Positions 16,351 to 24,706 of a stretch of DNA of 36,949 bases are shown here, in pieces. The position numbers and the translations under genes were made by a program. The stretch covers positions 1 to 36,949 of the forward strand of contig JBMFVR010000002.1 of assembly GCA_049965895.1 (NCBI GenBank), given 5' to 3'. The DNA is from Nitrososphaeria archaeon (lineage in GTDB: Archaea; Thermoproteota; Nitrososphaeria; Conexivisphaerales; UBA164). Within the stretch, counting starts at the first letter, position 1. Every line of letters begins with the position of its first letter. The notes beneath the pieces were generated by a model. It had not been told where the DNA came from, searched no databases, and saw nothing but the letters and a program-made list of their open reading frames with translations.

Positions 16351-16903
16351 GCTGTTGAAATAGATCTCGTATTCCAGTATATAGTTCAGTCATCTTAAAA
16401 GCTGAAAGAATTGCAGAGGAAGTTGAACAGAAAGAAGAGGGGCCAAGAAGGTACAGGATGCTTCTTGCAATAAGGAGTATGAGCATCTGGCAAACACAAG
16501 GATGGATAAGGCTGGCTCATACCTTGCGAACACATTCTCCTTGGTAAGCTTTCAGGACGACAGCGTGCATTCATGGTCAAAGCTGTTTGGCAGGAAGGTG
16601 CAGAATACGGGAATAGTCAAATTGAAAACATTGTTAGACAGGCATAAAACGCAATATAAAATTTACGGACATTGTGCCTCAACACAGGGGTGTTCTAACG
16701 GCCATAATTGTATAAAATCTACCTAAATGAGTATATGTCTGTGAATTGGCAATAGGCAGGGATTTAGCAATTGATAACGATAAAAAGTGCCCTGGGTACA
16801 ACCTTAATGCCATGGATGATGAGACCACCACAGTTATGCTGGAGAGTATCCGCACGTGGCCTAATCAAGTGAAGAGCCCAGTTTTAACTGAGTACAGTTC
16901 ACA
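16351..16903 (+). pseudogene. tnpB: decayed C-terminal portion of a TnpB (IS200/IS605 OrfB, RuvC-like RNA-guided nuclease) gene
   Basis: Pieces lie in three frames: AVEIDLV (GIDLG-like); KLKELQRKLNRKKRG; PRRYRMLLAI; KEYEHLANTRMDKAGSYLANTFSLVSFQDD (EDL-like, with E changed to Q); YGHCASTQGCSNGHNC (TSQxCSxCG-like); and KKCPGYNLNAMDDETTTVMLESI. At least 2 frameshifts, 3 stops and internal deletions are present. Confidence 0.65.
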
Positions 16904-16957
16904 CCAGTTATAGGTGATCTGTGGGCATCATTTCATTCATGTTTATTAATAAGTATA

Positions 16958-17623
16958 TCACAGCACGTTAAAGTGTAATATTACAAATCCTCCCCATTCA
17001 TCTGCCCCCACTATGGTGTACGTGCCTGGGCTGAACTGATTTAAAATAAGGTGAGAACTAATGTTGCTGCCGTTTGCTGGTTCTTGCTGCTGTGCATAGT
17101 ATCCAGAAAGTGTGAACTCCCTCGATATCATATATGAGTTGACATAATAAGTTCCGTTTATCATGCTCGGACCTTTTATAGACGCTGCAGAGCCATAGGG
17201 ATAAAATTGGTATTCCCTTATGTACACGATGAACATGGGGCATACAGTAGGCCTGAAAATTGTCAGTGGATTTCTAACATCTGAAATGTTTGCCGACGTA
17301 TAGTAACCGTTGAATACGGCAATTCCCATGGGGTAGTTTATGTTATCGCATGCGCCCAGCGAAACGTCATCAATGGACCAATAATGTTCTGCACTGACAT
17401 GGTTTATGATATGAAGGGTATTTATGAGCGATACGTTTACGGTGATTGATCCTCCCTGCATCATGCTGCTTGAATTGATGCTCAACATGAGCTCCATTCC
17501 ATTGGAATGCACCTGTGTAGCATAAGTTAAAGAACCCGGTGTTATAAGAGAAGCTCCTGCCAACATAACAGCAGTTATAATTGCTGCTATTACCAGTGCA
17601 GACAGCTTATCGTTTCTAAACAT
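16958..17623 (-). CDS. secreted or membrane-anchored hypothetical protein rich in N-glycosylation sequons
   Basis: The ORF extends to 17656. ATG 17623 (MFRNDKLSALVIAAIITAVMLAGA signal anchor) sits 26 nt downstream of an AATTTAAATT box. Several NxS/T sequons are present (NSS, NVS, NIS, NGT, NGS). Confidence 0.6.
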   Translation of the reverse strand: MFRNDKLSALVIAAIITAVMLAGASLITPGSLTYATQVHSNGMELMLSINSSSMMQGGSITVNVSLINTLHIINHVSAEHYWSIDDVSLGACDNINYPMGIAVFNGYYTSANISDVRNPLTIFRPTVCPMFIVYIREYQFYPYGSAASIKGPSMINGTYYVNSYMISREFTLSGYYAQQQEPANGSNISSHLILNQFSPGTYTIVGADEWGGFVILHFNVL

Positions 17624-17700
17624 GAATACTTGCTGTGCCGAACAATTTAAATTCATTGCTAAAATGGTGATTTTAGTTTAGTTATGCACTTCAACGCGGT

Positions 17701-18576
17701 TCACTTTTTGGAAAACTCCTCAAGCAGTTCCCTTAATATGTTGCTTCTGCACACGTCTTGCCTGTTTCCCCTGCACCTTGCTATCACCCTGATTACGTAA
17801 CCAGTGGTTGTTGTTTCATCTATGAGAACCTCCTTCTGTAGCACATCTTGGCATCTGCCAACAGCTTCACTGACCATCTTGAGCGCATCCTGTACCTTCA
17901 CGTCAAGCCCTATCTGGTATCTTACCGTGGTATTGATTGTATCAGAATATAGGCGTACCATGGATTGAATCACTATGCTGTTTGGTACCACAACCACAGC
18001 GCCCTCATCATCCATCATTGTAGTATACATAAATTTTATAGTCTTAACAGTTCCTGTGTAGCCATTGATCAGCATGTCTTGGGAGAAAAACTTTGGCGGG
18101 TATGTTGGGAAGACATTTCCGAACTGCCACGTAGCCAGGGTTATCCTATCGCCAACCTTTATTGGCTCAGAAACGAGTATCGCTATTCCAGCTATTATGT
18201 TGGAGAGCACCGTCTGCGCCGCAAGTCCGAGCACAATCGATATGAATGCCGAGCCAAGTATGACTGAGCTGACATCTATACCAAACGCTGCTGCAACTGC
18301 AATCCCCATTATTCCATACCACACAATGGAAATCAGAAACTTTAGCGTTGTGCGAGTATGTGGGTCAATGTCAGTGAGCCAGCGGTCAAAAAGGTAAAGA
18401 AGCATCCTTAGAACCATGTAAAGTGCTATTACCAGCACCACCGCATCAAAAACCCTGTAAACCTTTAGGGGAACAACCGGCACTATGTAGGTTATAGAAT
18501 AAATAATTGCAAGTATGAAAGCCAGAAGTATAAATGTAAGGTATAGTTTAAACAGACCTTCTTTCATTATCATCAT
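17701..18576 (-). CDS. small-conductance mechanosensitive channel (MscS family)
   Basis: 291 aa with N-terminal TM helices, followed by SEPIKVGDRITL and the beta-domain pattern typical of MscS. Confidence 0.8.
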   Translation of the reverse strand: MMIMKEGLFKLYLTFILLAFILAIIYSITYIVPVVPLKVYRVFDAVVLVIALYMVLRMLLYLFDRWLTDIDPHTRTTLKFLISIVWYGIMGIAVAAAFGIDVSSVILGSAFISIVLGLAAQTVLSNIIAGIAILVSEPIKVGDRITLATWQFGNVFPTYPPKFFSQDMLINGYTGTVKTIKFMYTTMMDDEGAVVVVPNSIVIQSMVRLYSDTINTTVRYQIGLDVKVQDALKMVSEAVGRCQDVLQKEVLIDETTTTGYVIRVIARCRGNRQDVCRSNILRELLEEFSKK

Positions 18577-18624
18577 TGGTTAAATACCATTATATAAACA
18601 CATTTCGTTATACATTTGATTGAA

Positions 18625-19965
18625 TTATGAACTGTTTTCAGCCCTCGGTTTATATGAATAGTATACTTCCTCCATTATTTGCTGTATTTTTTCGCTATTG
18701 GACTTTAAACTGCACCACTGTTCCATGGTGGTGTAGCCCATTTCTCCCATTTCTGGTTTTGCACTAAGTGCCTTTAGGATCGAATTCTTCAAACCCTCCA
18801 CGCTTCCGGCATCAAACGTAAACCCATTTACGCCGTCAAGTATGAGTTCAGATATTCCTGCTCCCCTGCTGACAACAACGGGCTTTTTGAATCTCCATCC
18901 TTCACAGACAGAGAGTCCAAAGCCTTCTATTCTTGATGGCAAAACAACTGCATCGCTTTCCTGGTACAGCGCGTTCAGCTCCTCGTCTGGCAAGTATCCG
19001 GCAAACCTTACCTTATCTTCAACGCCCTCTCTCCTTGCAAGTTCTTTCAGTGTTTTTACCCAGGTGCTGGCCTTATCGTGCCCCAAGGAGGTGCTGGTAA
19101 AGCTGCCATTGCCCACAAGTATGAGCTTTGCATCAACCCCCTTCATGGCCGATATTGCTAGATCCTGGCTCTTTATCGGATCCATGCGGCCCACAAGAAG
19201 CACCTTTTTATCATCATTTCTGATGTTCAGCCTGTCCAACACACCCTGAGCTGTGGAACCGGCTGGCGCACTCAAACTGTCAGGGTCTATGAACGGGTAT
19301 ATCTGCCTTGCCCTGACCCTTGACCCCAGTCTTAACACACCTTCAAGGTCCCTCTTTGTGCTCAATATGATTTCGTCAAACCCATCCAGGGACCTCCTCA
19401 CAAAACCCCTTATTTCCTGGCTTAGGTTTTCAGGCACCATCGGTATGTGATACCACAGCACGGCCGGGGCTGAGGGACCTATAAGTCCGCCCACCAGCAG
19501 CTGCTGGAAGTCATTTACAAAATAGACATCAGTCCTGTCAAACTTTTCCATCAGTATTTTTGCAGAATTCCAGTTATAGATAGTGTAACCGATGTAATCC
19601 TTTGGACTGAACCTGTACTGAGATAAACCATGAGAAGCTGTGTACAGGCCCTCTTTGAACCTTGTAAATCGTCTTAGATTTTCCGGATCCAGGTCCACAA
19701 ATGATAAATCAACGTTCCTATAAACTGCATCAGGAGGATAACCTGGCCCCAGTGAAACCCATATTGGGTGAAGCCCCAGATGATCTGCAAACTGCATTAT
19801 CATTCTTGATACTCCACCAACTGTTGTCTGAACGTCCTCGGGGTTTAGCTGTCCAAGGTCAATGGGCATTTCCAGTTCGCCATACTTCTCTACCAGCTGC
19901 TGGAATGTAAGGTTTATTTTAACAGGCGGAGTCTGTGTATTAACGGTTAAAGAAATCATGGCCAT
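18625..19965 (-). CDS. GT-B (GT4-like) glycosyltransferase with a TreT-like (trehalose glycosyltransferring synthase) N-terminal domain
   Basis: The ORF extends to 20076, which would overlap gad; MAMISL (ATG 19965 or 19959) is the likely start. The C-terminus has the GT4 motif RIEGFGLSVCEGW (E-x7-E). N-terminal landmarks GGVSRMI, VLWYHIP, PFIDPDS and VGRMDPIKS resemble TreT as I recall it. Confidence 0.6.
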   Translation of the reverse strand: MAMISLTVNTQTPPVKINLTFQQLVEKYGELEMPIDLGQLNPEDVQTTVGGVSRMIMQFADHLGLHPIWVSLGPGYPPDAVYRNVDLSFVDLDPENLRRFTRFKEGLYTASHGLSQYRFSPKDYIGYTIYNWNSAKILMEKFDRTDVYFVNDFQQLLVGGLIGPSAPAVLWYHIPMVPENLSQEIRGFVRRSLDGFDEIILSTKRDLEGVLRLGSRVRARQIYPFIDPDSLSAPAGSTAQGVLDRLNIRNDDKKVLLVGRMDPIKSQDLAISAMKGVDAKLILVGNGSFTSTSLGHDKASTWVKTLKELARREGVEDKVRFAGYLPDEELNALYQESDAVVLPSRIEGFGLSVCEGWRFKKPVVVSRGAGISELILDGVNGFTFDAGSVEGLKNSILKALSAKPEMGEMGYTTMEQWCSLKSNSEKIQQIMEEVYYSYKPRAENSS

Positions 19966-20010
19966 AAACTTGTAGCTGTGAAATATAAGCATTGCCCATG
20001 CAAATTTGGC

Positions 20011-20022
20011 TATATTTAAATA
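20011..20022 (+). promoter_or_regulatory. TATA box (TATATTTAAATA) for gluconate dehydratase
   Basis: Centred 28 nt upstream of ATG 20045, in the 79-nt divergent intergenic region. Confidence 0.55.
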
Positions 20023-20044
20023 AGCGGATGAGACAATAGAATGT

Positions 20045-21220
20045 ATGAGTAAAATAAAGAGTGTAGAGGGACACATACTTGGAAAGAAGGAAGGCCCAGC
20101 AACTTGGGCCTCTGTTATGGTCCTGGTGAAGGTAGAAACGTCTGACGGTCAGGTGGGTTACGGAGAAGCAGTGCCCACGCTCAGGGCAGAGCCATTGCTT
20201 AATTCAATAGCTGAAATAGGCAGAGTGTACAAAGGCTTAGACCCATATGAAATTGAAAAGAACAGGAGAGAATGGGAAAGGAACGATTTTTACCTGCACA
20301 GTTCATTTGAATCTACATCAGCCTACAGCGCTGTTGACATTGCGCTCTGGGACATAGTTGGCAAATCTCTTGGCGCGCCGATTCACCAGCTCACGGGTGG
20401 AATGTTCAGGGATAAGATTCCGGTGTACGCAAATGGATGGTACAGCGATTGCAGAACGCCGGACGATTTTGCAAAAAAGGCTGATACAACAGTTAAGATG
20501 GGGTACAGGGCGCTAAAATTTGACCCGTTCGGCAGTAACTATGACAGGATTGACATGGAAGGCGTCAGGATGAGCTCAGAGATAGTGAGGGCAGTGCGTG
20601 AAAGGGTGGGCAATGGGGTGGAGCTAATGATAGAGCACCACGGAAGATTCAATTCAAAATCAGCCATAATGATTGCGGAAGAGCTGGAACAGTACGATCC
20701 GCTGTTTATGGAGGAGCCTGTGCATCCCAATGACATTATGGGATTGAGAAATTACAGAAGCAGGACAGGGGTAAGGGTTGCACTGGGTGAGAGGATAATA
20801 TCAAAGGAGCAGGCAATGGAGTATCTTTATGAAGGACTCGTAGACATACTGCAGCCGGACATATGTAACATTGGAGGTTTTACTGAAATGAAAAAGGTAG
20901 CTGCGCTGACTGAAACCTTTGGCGTAACCCTTGCACCCCACAACGCTTTTGGGCCCATTCAGAACGCTGCCACAATACAATTTGATGCATCAGTGCCAAA
21001 CCTTGAAATTCAGGAGTCATTCTATGATTTCTTTCCGTCATGGAAGAGGGAGCTAATAGGCAACGCGACTCCTGTGGTCGATGGATACTACAGCGTAAGC
21101 AAAAAACCAGGGCTCGGAATAGATGTTGATGAGCGGATGATAAAGGAATACGAATTTAAGGGAATGGAAGAATGGAACCCAAACGAGCCGGTGTGGGTAG
21201 TGAGGGGAACATGGCACTGA
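20045..21220 (+). CDS. gad: enolase-superfamily (mandelate racemase-like) sugar-acid dehydratase, probably D-gluconate dehydratase
   Basis: 391 aa with ALKFDPFG, FMEEPV, LQPDICNIGG and LAPHN. The gene sits next to the glucose dehydrogenase, KDG aldolase and glyceraldehyde dehydrogenase genes. Confidence 0.75.
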   Translation: MSKIKSVEGHILGKKEGPATWASVMVLVKVETSDGQVGYGEAVPTLRAEPLLNSIAEIGRVYKGLDPYEIEKNRREWERNDFYLHSSFESTSAYSAVDIALWDIVGKSLGAPIHQLTGGMFRDKIPVYANGWYSDCRTPDDFAKKADTTVKMGYRALKFDPFGSNYDRIDMEGVRMSSEIVRAVRERVGNGVELMIEHHGRFNSKSAIMIAEELEQYDPLFMEEPVHPNDIMGLRNYRSRTGVRVALGERIISKEQAMEYLYEGLVDILQPDICNIGGFTEMKKVAALTETFGVTLAPHNAFGPIQNAATIQFDASVPNLEIQESFYDFFPSWKRELIGNATPVVDGYYSVSKKPGLGIDVDERMIKEYEFKGMEEWNPNEPVWVVRGTWH

Positions 21221-22309
21221 TCACCACTTTATGATTCTCTTTATTTCCCCTGTCACCTTGGTGTTCAGCGCTGTTATGCTGTCCTCGGGGCCTTCCTCTT
21301 GAGTTATTATATTTTCGAGGACGCCCGGGAACATTGCACTCCATGACGACAGGTAATTTAGTGCCTCAATGTAATGCGACTTTGAGCCGTCAACAGCGCC
21401 CATGATTGTGACGTTCCTTTCAACAAGGCCGGTTATTATATCTCCAGTCAGCTGGTATCCTCCGCCGGTGCTTGTGCCAAACAGGATCATGCAGCCGTTG
21501 TGTGCAAGGCTCTCCAGCCCCCTGCCTACCACAGCGGCGCTACCTGTTGTGTCAACAAACACATTGACGTTTTCCATAAAGTTTGGTGGCAATCCTGTGC
21601 CGTCTGAGATCATAAAATCTATTCCGAGCTTTTCAGAAATTTCAGAAAGCTTTCCCAAATGATCGTTCCTGTCAAACATCTGCACGTCAAACCCATAGGA
21701 CCTGAACAGCATGCCAAAAAGCAAGCCTATGGGGCCACCCCCTGCCACGGTGACCCTCCTGCAATCAAAGGAGCCATCATCGCACTGGGCTATGCTGCGC
21801 CTTGACACAGTTCTGAACGAGTCGAAGGATTTGACCACGTTTTTAAGCGGTTCAGTGAGCACAGCTAGCCTTCCAAGAGATTTATCATAAACATTGACCA
21901 GAAACCTTTCTTCATCTATAAAGTATTCCCTCATGAACCCATCCTTTCCCCTTATTCCAGCTTCTACAAAGTCTCCATCTTCGCAGTTGTCCTGCCTCCC
22001 TATTCTGCACTGAAGGCAGCCTCCAGGCCTTCTGACCATGGGAACGACCAGGTCACCTGGCTTTACCTTTCTGACCTTCTTTCCTACTTCCTGAACCTGA
22101 GCGAGCCCTTCATGGCCCATTATCAGAAAGTCACTTCCCTGCGGTGGCTTTGCAAACTTCAGTTGCCCGCTGATTATCCCGTGGTCAGTGCCACATATGC
22201 CAGTGTAAAGCGTTCTGAGCAGAACCTGGTCGTCTGCAATTTCGGATGGCTGAGGCACATCAATCAGCTTTGCTCCAGATTCACCCAGCCTTATTCCCAG
22301 AGCCTTCAC
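21221..22309 (-). CDS. gdh: glucose 1-dehydrogenase (zinc-containing MDR family)
   Basis: 362 aa with GICGTDHG, VVPMVRRPGGCLQCRIGRQDNC, AVLTEPLKNV and a C-terminal GEIKRIIKW. These closely match the Thermoplasma acidophilum glucose dehydrogenase sequence as I recall it. The GTG start overlaps the kdgA stop. Confidence 0.85.
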   Translation of the reverse strand: MKALGIRLGESGAKLIDVPQPSEIADDQVLLRTLYTGICGTDHGIISGQLKFAKPPQGSDFLIMGHEGLAQVQEVGKKVRKVKPGDLVVPMVRRPGGCLQCRIGRQDNCEDGDFVEAGIRGKDGFMREYFIDEERFLVNVYDKSLGRLAVLTEPLKNVVKSFDSFRTVSRRSIAQCDDGSFDCRRVTVAGGGPIGLLFGMLFRSYGFDVQMFDRNDHLGKLSEISEKLGIDFMISDGTGLPPNFMENVNVFVDTTGSAAVVGRGLESLAHNGCMILFGTSTGGGYQLTGDIITGLVERNVTIMGAVDGSKSHYIEALNYLSSWSAMFPGVLENIITQEEGPEDSITALNTKVTGEIKRIIKW

Positions 22310-23175
22310 TGGATGCTCACCCAGCTGTTAAGCGCACGCTCTTCCTGATCGCTAAGGTCATTGATCGGCGCAGGCATATAGTTCCTTGGATTTTTGTTTT
22401 TCATGACCAGCCTTTCAAATAGATAGTAGTAGGCCTTTGGGAAATCGCTCAAGGACAGCGCCCTCATCATTGCTGACAGTCTGAGCTGTATCTGCCTGGA
22501 TTCCTCTTGGCTGTTAGAGTTCCAGAGCCTGACTGCTAGATCATTGAAATTTGTTGTCCCGCACACCCCCCCTGACACTCCTAGGGCAATGGAAGGAAGG
22601 AGCAGGTCATCCTGCCCCTGGTATATAAATGAACCAGAAGGTAGCTCTGAAATGTACCTCTGCGTTGACCTGAGGTCTCCAGAGCTGTCCTTTACGCCAA
22701 TTATGTTGGAGTGTTCCTTCATAAGCGAAGAAAGTGTATCCGCTGATATCTGGTTTCCAGTGAACTGTGGAATGTTGTAAGCTATTATGGCCGAATCCAC
22801 GGAACTGGCAATCCTGGAATAATAGTTTGAAATGGATTCCTGACTCATCCTTATGTAGAACGGTGTAACTATAACTACGGCGTCAGCCCCCGAGTCAACT
22901 GCACTTCTGGCCACCCTGAGTGTTTCATCAATGTCATTTCTGCCAGATCCAGCAAGCACCTTCAACCCTGAAGCGTGTTTAATGGTGAGCTCAATTGTCC
23001 TGATATGTTCCTCCGTACTAAAGAGTGAAAAAAGGCCTGTGGATCCCATTGGAAAGGCTGCACTCACTCCTATTCTCTTAAGGAATGCCATGAGCTCACT
23101 GATGCCGTTTTCGTCAATCCTTCCTCCGTTTATGGGGGTCACCGTTGGTGTTATTATTCCCTTCACAGGGCTCAA
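22306..23175 (-). CDS. kdgA: 2-keto-3-deoxygluconate aldolase (DHDPS/NAL family)
   Basis: 289 aa with KGIITPTVTP and the Schiff-base lysine context IGVKDSSGD. It lies between ALDH and gdh with 4-nt overlaps on both sides. The start is TTG 23175 or GTG 23166. Confidence 0.7.
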   Translation of the reverse strand: MSPVKGIITPTVTPINGGRIDENGISELMAFLKRIGVSAAFPMGSTGLFSLFSTEEHIRTIELTIKHASGLKVLAGSGRNDIDETLRVARSAVDSGADAVVIVTPFYIRMSQESISNYYSRIASSVDSAIIAYNIPQFTGNQISADTLSSLMKEHSNIIGVKDSSGDLRSTQRYISELPSGSFIYQGQDDLLLPSIALGVSGGVCGTTNFNDLAVRLWNSNSQEESRQIQLRLSAMMRALSLSDFPKAYYYLFERLVMKNKNPRNYMPAPINDLSDQEERALNSWVSIQ

Positions 23176-24662
23176 TTCTTCTCACCATACGGTGGTATTA
23201 CTTCACCTTCAAGAGGGCTTGCGCTATAGTCCAGGTATATGTTCTTGACCTTTACGTATTCTTCGATCCCGTGCCTTGATCCCTCTCCTGCCTGCCCTGA
23301 TAGCCTGAACCCAGTATGATATCCTTGGCTGGCCTCAGGACCCGGCATGTTCACGTATAGCTCCCCAAATTTTATTTCAACTGACGCCTTCATCACAAGC
23401 GACAGGTTGTTTGTGAACAGGTACGATGCTAGGCCATACTGAGAATCATTTGCCATATCTATCAGATCATCAAAGGAGCCGGTTACCTTCATTACCGGAA
23501 GCACTGGGCCAAAGATCTCATCTCTGAAGATTGAACTGCCTTGATCCCTGCCCTCCATTATGGTTGGCATATAATGAAAGCCAGCGCTGAGTGGAGGTTT
23601 CAACTGTGGCCTTCTGCCACCATGCACAAGCTTTAGCCCCTCATTGAGCCCATCTTGTACCATCCTTTCCACCTTTCCCCTCTGCAAATCGTTTATCAGT
23701 GGCCCCATCTCGTTCTTGTGAGGATCACCAATTACCAGCCCCTTCACTAGCTCCAGGAACCTCTGCATAAATTTATCGTATACCTTTTCATGAACAAAGA
23801 GTCTTTCAGCTGCAATGCATGACTGGCCCGAGTTCCAGAATTTTGCCCACATTAGAGTCCTTGCTGCAAGCTCAACGTCAGCATCCTCCCAGACCATAAA
23901 TGGAGCCTTTCCACCAAGCTCAAGTATCAGCTTGGCCATACTGCTGGATGCAGACTTCATGACCTCTTGGCCAGTGCCAGATTCACCGGTAAGGGTTATG
24001 AGTGCAACCTTTTTGCTGGATGTCATAAGGTCACCTATTTCGCTTCCCCTTCCGGTCACAAGGTTCAGCACTCCCCTGGGAGCGCCTGCCACTTCAAATT
24101 TCCTGACTATCCATTCTGCTGTAAATGGGGTGTCCGAGCTTGGCTTGAGCACCACGGTGTTGCCAGTGAGCAGTGCTGGTGCAACCTTCCTGGCTGTCAT
24201 TCCTGCAGGAAAGTTCCATGGGGTTATGGCCAGCACGACGCCGTAGGGAACCCTGTACTGATGGATAAGCCTTTCTGGCTTTGTGCCCTCAACCACATCC
24301 CCAGTTAACTTCCTAGCAAATTCGGCATAATATCTGATTTGGTCAATTACACCGTCTACCTCCTGTCCAGCTTCTATAGCTGGCTTGCCAACTTCGTCGA
24401 TCAATATCTCTTCGAGTTCACTCCTTGAAGATTCAATTAGCTCCAGAGCACGAAAGAGTATCCTAGACCTTTCAACCGAAGTAAGACTTCTCCACTTTTC
24501 GTGCGAGCTGTACGCAGCATCTATTGCTTCACCCACATCTTCCTTTGATGCGACAGGAAATTCCCCATAAACTTCACCCGTTGTTGGATTGAGCTTTTTC
24601 AGGTAGAGCCCCGAAGACGGTTCCTTCCATTCACCATTTATAAACAGGTGCATCTTTCTCAT
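23172..24662 (-). CDS. aldehyde dehydrogenase superfamily enzyme, probably NADP-dependent glyceraldehyde dehydrogenase of the npED pathway
   Basis: 496 aa with LELGGKAP, the catalytic-Cys context NSGQSCIAAER, and EIFGPVLP. It is the first gene of a tightly overlapped ALDH-kdgA-gdh unit. Confidence 0.75.
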   Translation of the reverse strand: MRKMHLFINGEWKEPSSGLYLKKLNPTTGEVYGEFPVASKEDVGEAIDAAYSSHEKWRSLTSVERSRILFRALELIESSRSELEEILIDEVGKPAIEAGQEVDGVIDQIRYYAEFARKLTGDVVEGTKPERLIHQYRVPYGVVLAITPWNFPAGMTARKVAPALLTGNTVVLKPSSDTPFTAEWIVRKFEVAGAPRGVLNLVTGRGSEIGDLMTSSKKVALITLTGESGTGQEVMKSASSSMAKLILELGGKAPFMVWEDADVELAARTLMWAKFWNSGQSCIAAERLFVHEKVYDKFMQRFLELVKGLVIGDPHKNEMGPLINDLQRGKVERMVQDGLNEGLKLVHGGRRPQLKPPLSAGFHYMPTIMEGRDQGSSIFRDEIFGPVLPVMKVTGSFDDLIDMANDSQYGLASYLFTNNLSLVMKASVEIKFGELYVNMPGPEASQGYHTGFRLSGQAGEGSRHGIEEYVKVKNIYLDYSASPLEGEVIPPYGEKN

Positions 24663-24706
24663 GCATTTGATTTGGTGCTAAGGTAATTAAGGATTCTTGA
24701 AAAAAC

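Noticed and set aside
16816-16891. A C/D-box sRNA-like arrangement: ATGATGA at 16816, GTGAAGA at 16869, exactly 12 nt, then CTGA at 16888.
   Set aside because: At 76 nt it is long for an archaeal C/D sRNA. No D' box follows the first guide at the required 12-nt spacing, no terminal stem is present, and it lies inside the TnpB relic. It is probably fortuitous, though small-RNA-seq could revisit it.
16269-16957. A classical integrated element (att duplication) at tRNA-Thr.
   Set aside because: I found no direct repeat of the tRNA 3' half downstream and no integrase gene. The content is explained by the TnpB relic.
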